In this document: in pieces, positions 40,380-51,034 of the stretch
Layout of the letters: the number at the start of each line of letters is the position of its first letter
How positions within the stretch are numbered: the first letter of the stretch is position 1
Origin: Patescibacteria group bacterium
GTDB lineage: Bacteria > Patescibacteriota > Microgenomatia > 2-02-FULL-39-11
NCBI GenBank assembly: GCA_023379265.1
Contig: JAMCUI010000011.1
Coordinates: 4,030-68,029, forward strand
Direction: 5' to 3'
DNA length: 64,000 nt
Made by a program: the position numbers and the translations under genes
The notes under the pieces: generated by a model
What the model saw: only the letters and a program-made list of their open reading frames with translations
What the model was told of the DNA's origin: nothing
The model's database searches: none

Positions 40380-41462
40380 ATGATTTCAGAATTACCAAGC
40401 GAGATAGAATCACCTACTAAACCTTTACTAGACGCACCCAATATAGAAACCGTCTTTATCGTCGGTGCTCCAACCCCGACAGCTATCGCAGAATTACCAG
40501 CTCAAACGCGGCTTGACGCACCCGGTAGAAAAACAGATTTTGTTGTGAGCGCACCCAGCCAAGCAGCTTTATCCGTAGATTTTAGAAAGGAAATTCCTCA
40601 CAAGCCTAAAGCAATCGCTAGGCCTGGAAAGATAATTCCTACCGCTGCTGTCATACTTAGCGTAGCTTTATTAGCCGATGCTTGTGCTTCTCCCCCCAAT
40701 CTCACTCCTGAGCCGACACACGTCTCTCCACCTCCTACCTCTGTACTACTCTACCAAAGAACGGAAACCCCCACCCCCTTATCCCGCCCACAGATACAAA
40801 TTGACCCGGACCTCTTTCCCGTGCTTTACAAAAAACTTAGCGGCGATCCTGATTTTAAGCCGGAAAACTTCCTAAGAGAAGCAGAAGATTATTATCTGGC
40901 ACAAAAATTAAATAAGCCCGTCAGTGCACTAAGAAGACAAATTGGAAATGAAGGCGCAAGTAAAACTTTATTTAAGGTTTGGGGTCCGCCAAGCGTTGAC
41001 GGCGAGGCTTATATGATTGTGCTGCCTGATGGTAGACATGCGCTCTATGTCGATCCGCCGGGCGTAGTAGTCGCTTTACCTCACGGGGCGCACCTCGACA
41101 ATGAAGACTTAAAGCAGGTCTCAATTGACATGGGTGACAAAAATAATATGTACCAACCAATGTACGTAATGGATCCCAAAACGCCCGTAAGCGGGTTGGG
41201 ATTTGTAATCACCAGGTCGATAAACGGCAGCGAATATGATATTGCGGCCAAAAATTTCCCCACAGAGCATCTTGATCAATTGATGGAACTTATAAAAGAA
41301 TGTTCACAAAATTCAATTTGCCAATTTGATATGACTGAGTATGTGGACGCTGCCTCAAAAAAAATAGTTTCGATTATACAACAGACTGACTATTTGGGCA
41401 GGACTCAATCCTTTCAACTCACGGACAATGGTATTATCATTCCTATTACTGTACAGAAGTAA
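40380..41462 (+). CDS. Hypothetical protein (Pro-rich N-terminus, one TM, unknown C-terminal domain)
   Basis: This 360 aa protein is locally GC-richer, with the TM at IIPTAAVILSVALLA. Confidence 0.45.
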   Translation: MISELPSEIESPTKPLLDAPNIETVFIVGAPTPTAIAELPAQTRLDAPGRKTDFVVSAPSQAALSVDFRKEIPHKPKAIARPGKIIPTAAVILSVALLADACASPPNLTPEPTHVSPPPTSVLLYQRTETPTPLSRPQIQIDPDLFPVLYKKLSGDPDFKPENFLREAEDYYLAQKLNKPVSALRRQIGNEGASKTLFKVWGPPSVDGEAYMIVLPDGRHALYVDPPGVVVALPHGAHLDNEDLKQVSIDMGDKNNMYQPMYVMDPKTPVSGLGFVITRSINGSEYDIAAKNFPTEHLDQLMELIKECSQNSICQFDMTEYVDAASKKIVSIIQQTDYLGRTQSFQLTDNGIIIPITVQK

Positions 41463-41477
41463 CATGTCAACCAGCAG

Positions 41478-42101
41478 GTGTTTTACAAAAGCCAGAAAAA
41501 CTATAGTAAAATAGATTACAGAATGAAAAAAACTTTGCCCATTCTTCTTGCCACTTGCTCTCTTGCTTTTCTTCTTCTTTTATCTTTTGCCAACCAGAAA
41601 AGAAGCGATTCGGCAAAAAGTCCAGATGTCCTTTCCGCCAGAACCACCATAATCTCTTATCCTACTGGTAAGACCTTTGTCTATACTTCTCCTTCTCTTT
41701 CTACCGGCTGCCAAACCAAAGGCGGGTTGCCAGACACTAGATGCACGCCGGGCGCTATCATCACGCAAACCACGAAGGATGAAATATGCCAAGCAGGATA
41801 TGCCAAATCGGTCCGCAACGTATCCGAAAGCGAGAAAAAACAGGCCTATGCCGAATACGGAATATTTTCTCATGCCACCGGTGAATATGAGGTCGACCAT
41901 CTGGTAAGTCTGGAATTGGGCGGATCAAACGACATTGCCAACCTCTGGCCCGAAGCAGCGGCTCCCACACCAGGCTTCCATGAGAAGGATAAAGTCGAGA
42001 ATTATCTGCACAAGATGGTCTGTAATGGATCAATTACTTTAGTTCAGGCTCAACAAGAAATTGCCACGGACTGGCTGCAGGTTTACCAACAGATGAAATA
42101 A
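41478..42101 (+). CDS. Secreted HNH-motif endonuclease
   Basis: It has a signal peptide or TM ([19 protein letters not shown]) and an HNH core [22 protein letters not shown]. Confidence 0.6.
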   Translation: MFYKSQKNYSKIDYRMKKTLPILLATCSLAFLLLLSFANQKRSDSAKSPDVLSARTTIISYPTGKTFVYTSPSLSTGCQTKGGLPDTRCTPGAIITQTTKDEICQAGYAKSVRNVSESEKKQAYAEYGIFSHATGEYEVDHLVSLELGGSNDIANLWPEAAAPTPGFHEKDKVENYLHKMVCNGSITLVQAQQEIATDWLQVYQQMK

Positions 42102-42102
42102 G

Positions 42103-42252
42103 ATGGCGCAAAAAGCAGATAATAGAGAAAACGCCACATTGGCCGGAGGCTGTTTCTGGTGCACTGAGGCTATTTTCAAAAGATTAAAAGGCGTCATCTC
42201 AGTCACCTCAGGATACACAGGAGGCACAAAATTATATCTGAATCATCCTTAA
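42103..42252 (+). pseudogene. msrA: Peptide methionine sulfoxide reductase MsrA N-terminal remnant (49 codons, truncated)
   Basis: [41 protein letters not shown] is the MsrA active-site N-terminus (GCFWC). The frame stops after 49 codons, and the stop overlaps the 3' end of the convergent 806 aa gene. Confidence 0.55.
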
Positions 42253-44652
42253 TTTTGGGGAGCCGAAATTGGTAAAAATAAGCAGAATTTCTGTCAATTT
42301 GCCTTTTCTTAACCTTATATCCACCAAATTTTCATTAATATCCATGTCATCCATCAGGCTAACACTTAAGTTTGTCCGCATCGTTTCGCTTGGAATAATT
42401 TTTAATCTGTGCACACCAACAAGAGGATCATATAATACCAAAAGGCTTTCGTCACTTTTATAAACCCTTTTCTTTGGATCTAACACTTCCATCTTTGCAC
42501 TTTTATCCAAACTGACTGACATGACAATTTTACTTGTCTCTTCCGGTAAACTTATCATGCCGGCTGGACGCACTCCAGGTATTCCCAAATAATTCAAAAT
42601 CTTTTGGATTCCTTCTGTTGAAGAAATTACATCAGAGTGGCTTCCATTTATCTCACTATTATTAGCTCCTTCCACAACACTACTCATGTTTAATACTGTC
42701 CCGTCGCCTTCTCTTGTATATTCTTTCATTTGTGGGTATCCATCCAGCCAGTCACCATTCTTTCTATCTTTGTTAGAAGTATCTTTTATATCCAAATATT
42801 GAAGAGTTCTATTTCCGGTACCTGATAGATTAAACACACCAACGTGATATAAATCTGGATCAAGTTTATGGCTCATAAGCCAATCATTTTTATACACTTG
42901 ACTCTCATATCTTAGTAGATTACCATTTCTCTTCAAATAGTCAAAAACTGGCAAAATATCCTGTACAGAAGGTACCAATTCCTGAACTACATCTTTTTTA
43001 GTTTTCTTTAGAAACTTAAAATTGTTGTTTTTCACTGAATTATTATTTGTAATAAATCGGCAGTGTTGTATGATGGCATTTGTGCCTACTTTCAATAATT
43101 TATCATCAGTCCATAGCTCTCCAGCCTCCCAGATGGGATATGCTAAAATAGTTCCCTGATGAGGCGTACCCGCAGTCAAAATACTTTCAGCTTTATGAGT
43201 ATCATGATATAAATCCAGATAACTTCTTATCACTAAACCTCCTAGACTATGTCCAATTAGTCGCACTTTAGTATGAGCAGGTTTATCTTTTAAGATATTA
43301 TCTATAAAATCCTTCAAATGCTGTCCCTGCCAATCCAGTGTTTGACGCCAGTCATATGTATAAATATAGACTTCATTATTCATCTTCAAGCGGGCGTTTT
43401 TTGTGAGTGTATTTATCAGACGCGTATAAACATTCACGTAAGGTGCCATCGTCCAACCGGAAGAAGTATTCAAAGAACAAGTAAAAATTGCTTGGGGATT
43501 CCAAGTAGAACCCATCCCAGGAACAATAATAATGGGAGAAAATTGTGCCTTTACAACTGTAGGAGTGGGAGTTGGAGTACTAGAAGGTGTAGGTGTAGGA
43601 CTGGAAGTTGGGGTTGGAGTTTCCGTTGGAGTTGGTGCAGGAGTATAAGTGGGGGTTGGATCAACCGTGATAAACGGAGTAGGAAGTGCTTCAGTTGTAG
43701 CCAACCCAATCTGCCATTTTCCATTTTGTCCAATTCCTGTGTAATACATAAAATATTGATTATCTGACTTTATTACAAAAGGATTCATAACTCTTAAAGA
43801 GTCAAACGACGTAGAATCATTACTAGCAGTTAAAACTGGGGTGGGTGACTTTACCCAATTTGTACCATTGTTAGACTCTGCATACCAAATCCCAAGGTCT
43901 GTATGATACCATAACCTATATATTCCACTATCAAAAATTACATTAGGACTATTTGCGTTAAGTCCATCTAAGTTTTCATCACCTTCTAATATTGGCTTAC
44001 TCTCTCTTATCCAGTTAATTCCGCTACTTGACGTTGCATATCCTAGTCTCCATAATTCGCTACCATTATATAAACCATTTGCACCATACCATAATTTATA
44101 TAAACCATCTGAATAACTTACAAAAGGAAATGATATCCCTTTAGGCATTTCCCATTCGTATAAAGGATTAAATACCCCCAAAACTCTACTTCCCCAATTT
44201 TCTCCATCTGGAGATTTAGAAAAGTTGATATGAATATTGTTGATGGTTGAATTTGAACCATCAAACCACATTAAATATTCTCCGTCCTTATATATTACTC
44301 GCGGATCATGAATATTATAGTTATTGTTATAATCTATTTGATCAATTACGAAAGAACTCGATTTATTCCAGTTAATCCCATCAGCAGATTCTGCATACCC
44401 GATTCTCCAAAGAAATCGATTATTTCCTGCATACCACATTTTATAATTATCTTTATTTCTAATAACGGAAGGTGAACCTACAAAGTAATTATCCCATTCA
44501 TTTTCGGATCCAACGGAAATAATTGGTTGTGACGAATATTTATTCCAATCTGCGTATGTTTTATTTCCAACTGAAACAAACATTAATATAAATTGTGAAA
44601 TTATTACAAATACTAATTTTGGAAGATGCATATATCGACTTATTTTTTTCAT
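42232..44652 (-). CDS. Secreted two-domain hydrolase: N-terminal 5-bladed beta-propeller glycosidase-like domain, Pro/Thr linker, C-terminal LCAT/PGAP1-like alpha/beta lipase-esterase domain
   Basis: It has a signal/TM segment and repeated blades (MWYAGNN...[14 protein letters not shown]; LWYGANG...[14 protein letters not shown]; LWYHTD...; YFMYYTGIG...WQIGLATT). The linker is [34 protein letters not shown]. The second domain has a GHSLGG nucleophile elbow and an LCAT-like YDWRQ motif. Confidence 0.65.
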   Translation of the reverse strand: MKKISRYMHLPKLVFVIISQFILMFVSVGNKTYADWNKYSSQPIISVGSENEWDNYFVGSPSVIRNKDNYKMWYAGNNRFLWRIGYAESADGINWNKSSSFVIDQIDYNNNYNIHDPRVIYKDGEYLMWFDGSNSTINNIHINFSKSPDGENWGSRVLGVFNPLYEWEMPKGISFPFVSYSDGLYKLWYGANGLYNGSELWRLGYATSSSGINWIRESKPILEGDENLDGLNANSPNVIFDSGIYRLWYHTDLGIWYAESNNGTNWVKSPTPVLTASNDSTSFDSLRVMNPFVIKSDNQYFMYYTGIGQNGKWQIGLATTEALPTPFITVDPTPTYTPAPTPTETPTPTSSPTPTPSSTPTPTPTVVKAQFSPIIIVPGMGSTWNPQAIFTCSLNTSSGWTMAPYVNVYTRLINTLTKNARLKMNNEVYIYTYDWRQTLDWQGQHLKDFIDNILKDKPAHTKVRLIGHSLGGLVIRSYLDLYHDTHKAESILTAGTPHQGTILAYPIWEAGELWTDDKLLKVGTNAIIQHCRFITNNNSVKNNNFKFLKKTKKDVVQELVPSVQDILPVFDYLKRNGNLLRYESQVYKNDWLMSHKLDPDLYHVGVFNLSGTGNRTLQYLDIKDTSNKDRKNGDWLDGYPQMKEYTREGDGTVLNMSSVVEGANNSEINGSHSDVISSTEGIQKILNYLGIPGVRPAGMISLPEETSKIVMSVSLDKSAKMEVLDPKKRVYKSDESLLVLYDPLVGVHRLKIIPSETMRTNLSVSLMDDMDINENLVDIRLRKGKLTEILLIFTNFGSPKLRMIQI

Positions 44653-44653
44653 T

Positions 44654-45487
44654 TTGAGTGAAAAGACTACTAGTGATAAACTATCCTCTAATAAAATAAA
44701 ATTAATCTATCATCTTATGAAAAAAATGTCAGTAATTATTCATACATTAAACGAATCAAAAAACATTGAGAACTGCATAAGGTCAGTTAATTGGGCTGAT
44801 GAAATAATAGTAGTAGATATGGAATCAAAAGATAAAACAGTTAAGATTTGTAAAAAATATACGTCGAAAGTTTATTTGATTAAAAAACTAGATTATGTTG
44901 AACTTGCAAGAAATTTTGCGATCTCAAAAGCAAAATACGATTGGATATTAGTACTTGATGCTGATGAAACTTTGCCCAACCACTCAGAAGTAATAATTCG
45001 AAAATTATTACAAAATAAAAAAATATATGGTTATCAATTTCCAAGAAAAAATTATGTAAATTCTAAAGAGTATTTACTCCACGGATATTTCTACCCCGAC
45101 TATCAACTTAGATTATTCCGGAATAATAAAAAAATTAAATATTCGGGAAAAATTCATGAACAACCACTTATTGAATCAAGCCATTTAAAAATCTGCAACG
45201 ATGTAATTATTTTTCATAATCCTTCTCATAGTAAATATAATTCTTTTTCTTCTTTTTCCCGTTTCTTCCCATATATAAAAATTGAAGGTAAAACTGAATC
45301 TAATAATTATTCTTTACTATGGCTACTTATTAAAGCTAAAATAGATTTTTTTAGGCACTTTTATAGATCATTTATTAAATTAAGTGGATATAAAGATGGA
45401 TATATTGGCTTTCGTGCAGCAATTCTTTTTGCATTATACAAAAGTTCTATATACGTATACGGAGCATATCTTAAGATAAAACGCTAA
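44654..45487 (+). CDS. Family 2 glycosyltransferase
   Basis: SVIIHTLNESKNIE...IIVVDMESKD...VLDADETL carries the GT2 DxD signatures. The likely true start is the M at 44717. Confidence 0.72.
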   Translation: MSEKTTSDKLSSNKIKLIYHLMKKMSVIIHTLNESKNIENCIRSVNWADEIIVVDMESKDKTVKICKKYTSKVYLIKKLDYVELARNFAISKAKYDWILVLDADETLPNHSEVIIRKLLQNKKIYGYQFPRKNYVNSKEYLLHGYFYPDYQLRLFRNNKKIKYSGKIHEQPLIESSHLKICNDVIIFHNPSHSKYNSFSSFSRFFPYIKIEGKTESNNYSLLWLLIKAKIDFFRHFYRSFIKLSGYKDGYIGFRAAILFALYKSSIYVYGAYLKIKR

Positions 45488-45489
45488 AT

Positions 45490-46152
45490 ATGAAATTAAA
45501 ATACAATCATTTTAATATTGTTCCTTTTGAAACTCACATGCTTGTGTACGACAAAATAAAAACTGGTAGTAAAGTGTTAGACGCTGGTTGCGCTTCTGGA
45601 TATTTTGCGAGGGAGCTTAAAAAGAAAAATTGTAAAGTTTGGGGTATAGATAGCGACAAAAATGCCATAAGACAAGCTAAAAGATATTGTGTTGATACGT
45701 TCGCTGCAGACGTTGAAACGTTATCTTCAATCCCCTTCAGACAAAAATATGACTATATCTTACTTCTTGATGTTATTGAACACTTAAAAAATCCAAACCA
45801 TATCTTACAAACTGCTAAAAAATATTTAAATACAAAAGGAGAAATTATTATCTCTACACCCAATATAGCTTTTCTATCATCCAGATTGTCTCATTTTGCC
45901 GGAAAATTCGAATATAGAGACACTGGGATTATGGATAATAATCACATACATTTCTACACAAAAAAAAGTCTCATTGATCTAATAAAAAGAAACGGTCTGA
46001 AATTAAAGACTTTTGATACGGCTAGCGGCTTTTCTCAAATTAGTTGGTTTGGGCATTACCTTAATCATATTCCCAAAATATGGCAGTATAAAATTACAAG
46101 GCTGTTTGATACACTCTTGGCATATCAGTTTATCGCTTTTTGCAACTCATGA
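45490..46152 (+). CDS. Class I SAM-dependent methyltransferase
   Basis: It has motif I VLDAGCASGYF and the post-I acidic GIDSD. Confidence 0.72.
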   Translation: MKLKYNHFNIVPFETHMLVYDKIKTGSKVLDAGCASGYFARELKKKNCKVWGIDSDKNAIRQAKRYCVDTFAADVETLSSIPFRQKYDYILLLDVIEHLKNPNHILQTAKKYLNTKGEIIISTPNIAFLSSRLSHFAGKFEYRDTGIMDNNHIHFYTKKSLIDLIKRNGLKLKTFDTASGFSQISWFGHYLNHIPKIWQYKITRLFDTLLAYQFIAFCNS

Positions 46153-47285
46153 AACTTGCTATTGTCCATAATCTTCCAGCCGGAGGCCAAAAAAGGGCCC
46201 TTTATGAGCAGGTCAAAAGGCTTTCTACCCGCCGTCACTTACTGGATTTATTTACTCTATCCTCTACAGACGAATCATTTCTGTCTTTATCTCCTTTTGT
46301 CAGAAAACATATAAAGACACCTTACAACCCGCCTCCCCACTTCCCTATGAGCGTCCTTTCAGTTTATACCAGGCTTCCACAAGCTTACCGAATTCTGGCT
46401 GAAAGCATAAATGACGGAAAGTATGACGCTGTCTACGTTAACCCCTGTTATCTCACCCAGGCTCCGTATATACTACGCTTCTTGAAAACCCCTTCCCTCT
46501 ACTACTGTCCTGAGCCAAAAAGGGAATTTTATGAAAAAATCCCCCGCATATCCAATCTGCTGACTTACTATGCCACCTACCCTTTCCGACTACCTATAAA
46601 GGATATTGATATCAGAAATACCAAGTCGGCCACACGAATAATTACCAACTCCTATTATTCCAAAGCAAAAATCGACAAAATTTATCAGGTAAAATCCTAT
46701 ATCAATTACTTGGGAGTTGATAACAATCTGTTTCATCCTGCTCCTGTCAAGAAAGAAAAAACCGTATTGACTGTAGGTGATTTTTCCCTTCATAAGGGAC
46801 ATGATTTTCTCATAAGAAGTCTCTCTCTCATTCCTTCCGAGAAAAGGCCCAAGCTTGTAATTATAGGCCATAGCGGTGTGGAGAAAAAATACCTTCTTAA
46901 ACTTGCCGCACAATTTGGAGTAAATGTCGAAATATATGGCAATATTTCAGATTCCGAACTAGTCAGCTGGTACAATCGTGCCAGGCTCTTTGTCTATGCT
47001 CCACACCATGAACCATTTGGTATGGCACTTCTGGAGGCAGCAGCGTGCAACTTGCCGGTAGTAGCGGTTGACGAAGGCGGTATAAGTGAGGCACTGCAAA
47101 ATTACCCCCATGCCGTACTTACTGATAGAGACGAAAATCGCTTCGGTCAGGAAATAAAATTCGCGATTGAGACTTCATATCTGCAAAGTAGCATAGAAGC
47201 CAAAAATGGCCAATTTCTCTCTGGTTGGAGCTGGGATAATTCTGTTAATATACTAGAGAAGCATCTGAAAGAAATATGCGCCTGA
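46140..47285 (+). CDS. Family 1 (GT4-type) glycosyltransferase
   Basis: It has a C-terminal EPFGMALLEAAACNLPVVAVDEGG (EX7E) motif. Confidence 0.78.
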   Translation: MQLMKLAIVHNLPAGGQKRALYEQVKRLSTRRHLLDLFTLSSTDESFLSLSPFVRKHIKTPYNPPPHFPMSVLSVYTRLPQAYRILAESINDGKYDAVYVNPCYLTQAPYILRFLKTPSLYYCPEPKREFYEKIPRISNLLTYYATYPFRLPIKDIDIRNTKSATRIITNSYYSKAKIDKIYQVKSYINYLGVDNNLFHPAPVKKEKTVLTVGDFSLHKGHDFLIRSLSLIPSEKRPKLVIIGHSGVEKKYLLKLAAQFGVNVEIYGNISDSELVSWYNRARLFVYAPHHEPFGMALLEAAACNLPVVAVDEGGISEALQNYPHAVLTDRDENRFGQEIKFAIETSYLQSSIEAKNGQFLSGWSWDNSVNILEKHLKEICA

Positions 47286-48109
47286 AAATTGCCGTCGTCA
47301 TACTCCATTTCCGCAATATTTCACTTACAAGTCAGTGTCTACAGTCCGTAGGATTAATGAAAACCGGTAATTTTGATTTCTATATTATTCTGGTCAACAA
47401 CTCTCCTGAGCAAAACTTCAATAAAAATGACGTCGGGAAATATCTCAAACCCGGCAAAAATAATATTCCTGTTTATGTCATAAAAAATACCAAAAACATG
47501 GGTTTTGCCGCCGGTATAAATGTAGGCATTAAAAAAGCATTGTCAGACAAAAATACCACACATTTTCTCCTCTTGAACAACGACACAGTTGCTCCAAAAG
47601 AGATGCTTACCATGATGATAAAAGAGAATTCTGATATTGTCTCTCCTGTAATTAGATTCAAATCTTTGGAAAATAGATTTGTTTTTGATTTTGGAGGTAT
47701 GGTTAACCGATGGACTGGACGCACTACTCATATTGAGTCAGATAAAATGGAAGAAAATAAAACGGCTGGCGATATAGATTATGTCAGCGGGTGTTGCATG
47801 CTAATTAAAAGGGGTGTCTTTGAGGAAATTGGGTATTTCGACGAGAACTATTTTTTTTATTATGAGGATACGGATTTTTGCACCAGAGCAAAAAAAGCAG
47901 GTTTTTCCATAAAAGTCTGCCACCATACATACATCGATCATAAACTTGCAGGAAGCATAGGCAGATGGTCCAGCCGGGCAATCTATTATAATTTGACAGG
48001 TAATGCTAAATTCATATCGAAACACTTGGGTCTGAGAAAACCAATCGGGTTTACATATCTTTTTTTACTATCGCTTAAAATTCTTATCAATCGCCTGGCA
48101 GGAAAATGA
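47276..48109 (+). CDS. Family 2 glycosyltransferase
   Basis: It has a GT2 fold, and YEDTDFCTRAKKAGF is typical of rhamnosyl/GalNAc-type GT2 enzymes. Confidence 0.72.
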   Translation: MRLKIAVVILHFRNISLTSQCLQSVGLMKTGNFDFYIILVNNSPEQNFNKNDVGKYLKPGKNNIPVYVIKNTKNMGFAAGINVGIKKALSDKNTTHFLLLNNDTVAPKEMLTMMIKENSDIVSPVIRFKSLENRFVFDFGGMVNRWTGRTTHIESDKMEENKTAGDIDYVSGCCMLIKRGVFEEIGYFDENYFFYYEDTDFCTRAKKAGFSIKVCHHTYIDHKLAGSIGRWSSRAIYYNLTGNAKFISKHLGLRKPIGFTYLFLLSLKILINRLAGK

Positions 48110-48885
48110 AAGACAATAATCTCATATCTGCGGTAATCTTGACCAAAAACGACGAGCGCACAATTAAAAGATGTCTTGAGTCTCTTTCATGGTGTCATGA
48201 AATTATAGTAGTTGATGATTATTCTTCGGACAATACTTTGAGTCTAGTACGAGACTTCAACAAAGATATCAGGATATACAAGCGTCATATTGGTGGTGAT
48301 TTTTCTTCTCAACGAAATTATGCATTGGAAAAAATCAATACTAAATGGGTGCTCTTTGTTGACAGCGATGAGGAAATACCTGATGAACTTGCGAAAGAAA
48401 TTACTCAAAACCTAAAAAACCCGATAAATAGTGGAATCCAGGGATATTATATTATGCGTAAGGACACTTTTGCCGGAAAGCTTCTCGAACATGGGGAAAC
48501 CGGCAACATCAGCTTTATTCGTCTTGCAAAAAAGGATGCCGGAAAATGGTACGGAAAGGTGCATGAAGTATGGAATATACCTGGTAAAAAGATAACCTTA
48601 AAACATAATATTTACCATTTCCCCCATCCTTCCATCTCATTATTTCTTGATGAAATTAACCGCTATACCGATATAGAGGCATACGCGCGTTTTAAGGAAG
48701 GCAGGAGGGATGGATTTAAGGAAATCTTATTTTTCCCACTAGGTAAATTCCTTTGGAACTATTTGATAAAACTTGGTTTTCTGGATGGAGTACCCGGACT
48801 GCTCGTAGCTGTTATGATGAGTTTCCATTCTTTTCTGGTCAGGGCTAAACTTTTTCGTTTGGTCCAAAATAAAAATGAAAGATAA
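48106..48885 (+). CDS. Family 2 glycosyltransferase
   Basis: ISAVILTKNDERTIKRCLESL...IIVVDDYSSDNT...VLFVDSDEEI gives the DxD motifs. Confidence 0.72.
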   Translation: MKDNNLISAVILTKNDERTIKRCLESLSWCHEIIVVDDYSSDNTLSLVRDFNKDIRIYKRHIGGDFSSQRNYALEKINTKWVLFVDSDEEIPDELAKEITQNLKNPINSGIQGYYIMRKDTFAGKLLEHGETGNISFIRLAKKDAGKWYGKVHEVWNIPGKKITLKHNIYHFPHPSISLFLDEINRYTDIEAYARFKEGRRDGFKEILFFPLGKFLWNYLIKLGFLDGVPGLLVAVMMSFHSFLVRAKLFRLVQNKNER

Positions 48886-50101
48886 ACTTTTAAAATACTT
48901 CCTCTATTTTGCCATATTTTCCATCATTTCCGGATCGGCGTTTAGTATTCCTTTAGGCGGTAACGGTTCTGACATAGGAGTAAATATATATACTATGGAC
49001 ATATCCGCCATCCTCTTAACCATATTTTGGCTCTTTAATATACGTGACTTTTATAACCTAATCAAAAGAGATAATGTCGCAAAATCATTTCTGCTCTTTA
49101 TCTTTATAACTTTCCTGTCTTTGGTATTTACTCCGGCATTAATCACTTTACCCCATAAAATTCTGTCATCTCTTTACATAATAAGAATATTTTCCTACTT
49201 CTCAATTTATATTTCAGTCCGACACCTCTTAGCTAAAAATAAAATCAGCACATCAAGATTCATATATCTTCTAACCGTTTCCGGAATAACCCTTGCAATA
49301 GCAGGTTGGCTGCAATATTTTTTATATCCGGATTTGCGCAATCTCTACTATCTTGGATGGGACCCGCACTACAAAAGGATTTTTAGCACTATACTCGACC
49401 CAAACTATCTTGGCCTTATCCTAGTTTTGACATTTGTGGCTTTATTCTCTAGTCTTCCACGCCCTTTATGGAAAAAAGATACAAAAATAAAAATATTCTC
49501 TTTAATTCCTTCCATTTTTATCTTTTTCACAATAATGTTCACTTACTCCCGTAGTGCTTTTTCCTCTTTCCTTACAGCCGCGGCATACTATTCTCTGGCA
49601 CAAAAAAAATACATAATCATCGGAGGATGCGTAATTATTCTTTTTCTTGCTGCTTTTTTATTGCCAAAACCTGGCGGCGAAGGTGTAAACCTGAAAAGAC
49701 TTTATTCTATACAAGAAAGACTAATCAATTGGCAGGAGGGTCTGGGGATATTTCTGAAATATCCTTTATTGGGAATCGGTTTTGACACCTTAAGATATAC
49801 AAATCCCAACGTAAAAAATACGCAACTAAACAACACTATTATCAGTCAAAACGTTCCCAACCACTCAGCAGGAGGTCTGGATAATAGCCTAATCTTTGTC
49901 GCCGCAACCACTGGAATATTGGGATTAACTGCGTATCTGCTATTCCTTATTATGGCATTCAATAAATCAATATTAGTTTCTCGTATTTCGCTTCTGGCTA
50001 TTTTCGTACATAGTCTTTTCTTAAACTCTCTCTTCTTTCCGCCTGTTTTAATTTGGCTGTGGGTAATTCTTGGATTAAGTAAAGGGAAAGGTGATTTTTA
50101 A
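48875..50101 (+). CDS. O-antigen ligase/polymerase-like polytopic membrane protein (Wzy_C-like)
   Basis: It has ~10 TM helices and the periplasmic loop YSRSAFSSFL typical of the O-antigen ligase family. Confidence 0.6.
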   Translation: MKDKLLKYFLYFAIFSIISGSAFSIPLGGNGSDIGVNIYTMDISAILLTIFWLFNIRDFYNLIKRDNVAKSFLLFIFITFLSLVFTPALITLPHKILSSLYIIRIFSYFSIYISVRHLLAKNKISTSRFIYLLTVSGITLAIAGWLQYFLYPDLRNLYYLGWDPHYKRIFSTILDPNYLGLILVLTFVALFSSLPRPLWKKDTKIKIFSLIPSIFIFFTIMFTYSRSAFSSFLTAAAYYSLAQKKYIIIGGCVIILFLAAFLLPKPGGEGVNLKRLYSIQERLINWQEGLGIFLKYPLLGIGFDTLRYTNPNVKNTQLNNTIISQNVPNHSAGGLDNSLIFVAATTGILGLTAYLLFLIMAFNKSILVSRISLLAIFVHSLFLNSLFFPPVLIWLWVILGLSKGKGDF

Positions 50102-50808
50102 GGATTATAATTGACTGTTCTATCCACTTCAGTCTTATTTCCCGCATCATCAGTGGCAACAATCTTATACCTGTTTTCACCTGAAGAAAGTACTACATGA
50201 TAGGAAAACTTCCCGTCTGTATCCACTATCACCACATGATCATTTACGACTAGATGATTATTGGGATCCGTCTGCCCGATAATATCAATTTCTTTAGTGT
50301 CTGAAGAGAATTTTTGTCCGTCATCAGGAGAAGATATATCAAGTTTTGGTGGCTGGTTAACAAAAGAAACGCTTATTGATGCTGAAGGACTGCTTTCCTT
50401 TTCATTTTTCACCACCGTAGCATAAATACTATTATCCCCTTGGGACAATTTCAGACGAGGTACAGAAAATTGACCTTTATTGTCGGTTAAAGTGGTCAAC
50501 TGTTCATTTCCATTGACATAGATTTTTACTGTTGCCTCCTTATCAGCAAAACCTGAAATATTGGTATAAGCGGTATTGGTAGCCTCAACTGCCGGATTTA
50601 AGGAAGGAGGAGAAATATAGTTTTCCGTCACCGCGACGCCAACAGGGCTTTTCTTAAAAGTGGAAAAAGTCAGTATAACTTTTACCAGGATTGGCAACCC
50701 TGCATAAAAAAATGCTATTACTACCGCTATAAATCCCAGTATGGTTAGTATTAGTCTTCTTTTAAGCTTTGTTTCCTCCGCCCTAATCCTGTGAGAAGAT
50801 AAAATCAT
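50098..50808 (-). CDS. Membrane-anchored Ig-like (Big-type) beta-sandwich protein
   Basis: An N-terminal TM is followed by repeated beta-strand-rich segments (...ATVKIYVNGNEQLTTLTDNKGQFSV...; ...DIIGQTDPNNHLVVNDHVVIVDTDGKFSYHV...). Confidence 0.45.
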   Translation of the reverse strand: MILSSHRIRAEETKLKRRLILTILGFIAVVIAFFYAGLPILVKVILTFSTFKKSPVGVAVTENYISPPSLNPAVEATNTAYTNISGFADKEATVKIYVNGNEQLTTLTDNKGQFSVPRLKLSQGDNSIYATVVKNEKESSPSASISVSFVNQPPKLDISSPDDGQKFSSDTKEIDIIGQTDPNNHLVVNDHVVIVDTDGKFSYHVVLSSGENRYKIVATDDAGNKTEVDRTVNYNP

Positions 50809-50868
50809 AAAGCCTTATGTCGGAATAAAACCGGCAATCCTTAAAACTAAATAATACCACTTATATTT

Positions 50869-50960
50869 GAGCCGACAGTCGGGATCGAACCGATAAACTC
50901 CATATTGCTTATTTGAGCCGACAGTCGGGATCGAACCGATAAACTCCATATTGCTTATTT
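50869..50960. repeat. Two tandem 46-bp units, each containing the 3'-terminal 25 nt of the adjacent tRNA-Thr plus 21 bp of flank
   Basis: gagccgacagtcgggatcgaaccgataaactccatattgcttattt occurs at 50869-50914 and 50915-50960 and abuts the tRNA 3' end at 50961. Confidence 0.85.
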
Positions 50961-50961
50961 G

Positions 50962-51034
50962 AGCCGACAGTCGGGATCGAACCGACGACCTACGCTTTAC
51001 GAAAGCGCCGCTCTACCAACTGAGCTATGTCGGC
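50962..51034 (-). tRNA. tRNA-Thr (anticodon CGT)
   Basis: The minus-strand sequence GCCGACATAGCTCAGTTGGTAGAGCGGCGCTTTCGTAAAGCGTAGGTCGTCGGTTCGATCCCGACTGTCGGCT forms a perfect cloverleaf. Confidence 0.88.

Noticed and set aside
43540-43660. GT/GGAGT-rich low-complexity DNA resembling a simple repeat
   Set aside because: It is the coding sequence of the Pro/Thr linker ([20 protein letters not shown]...) inside the 806 aa hydrolase, not an independent repeat element.
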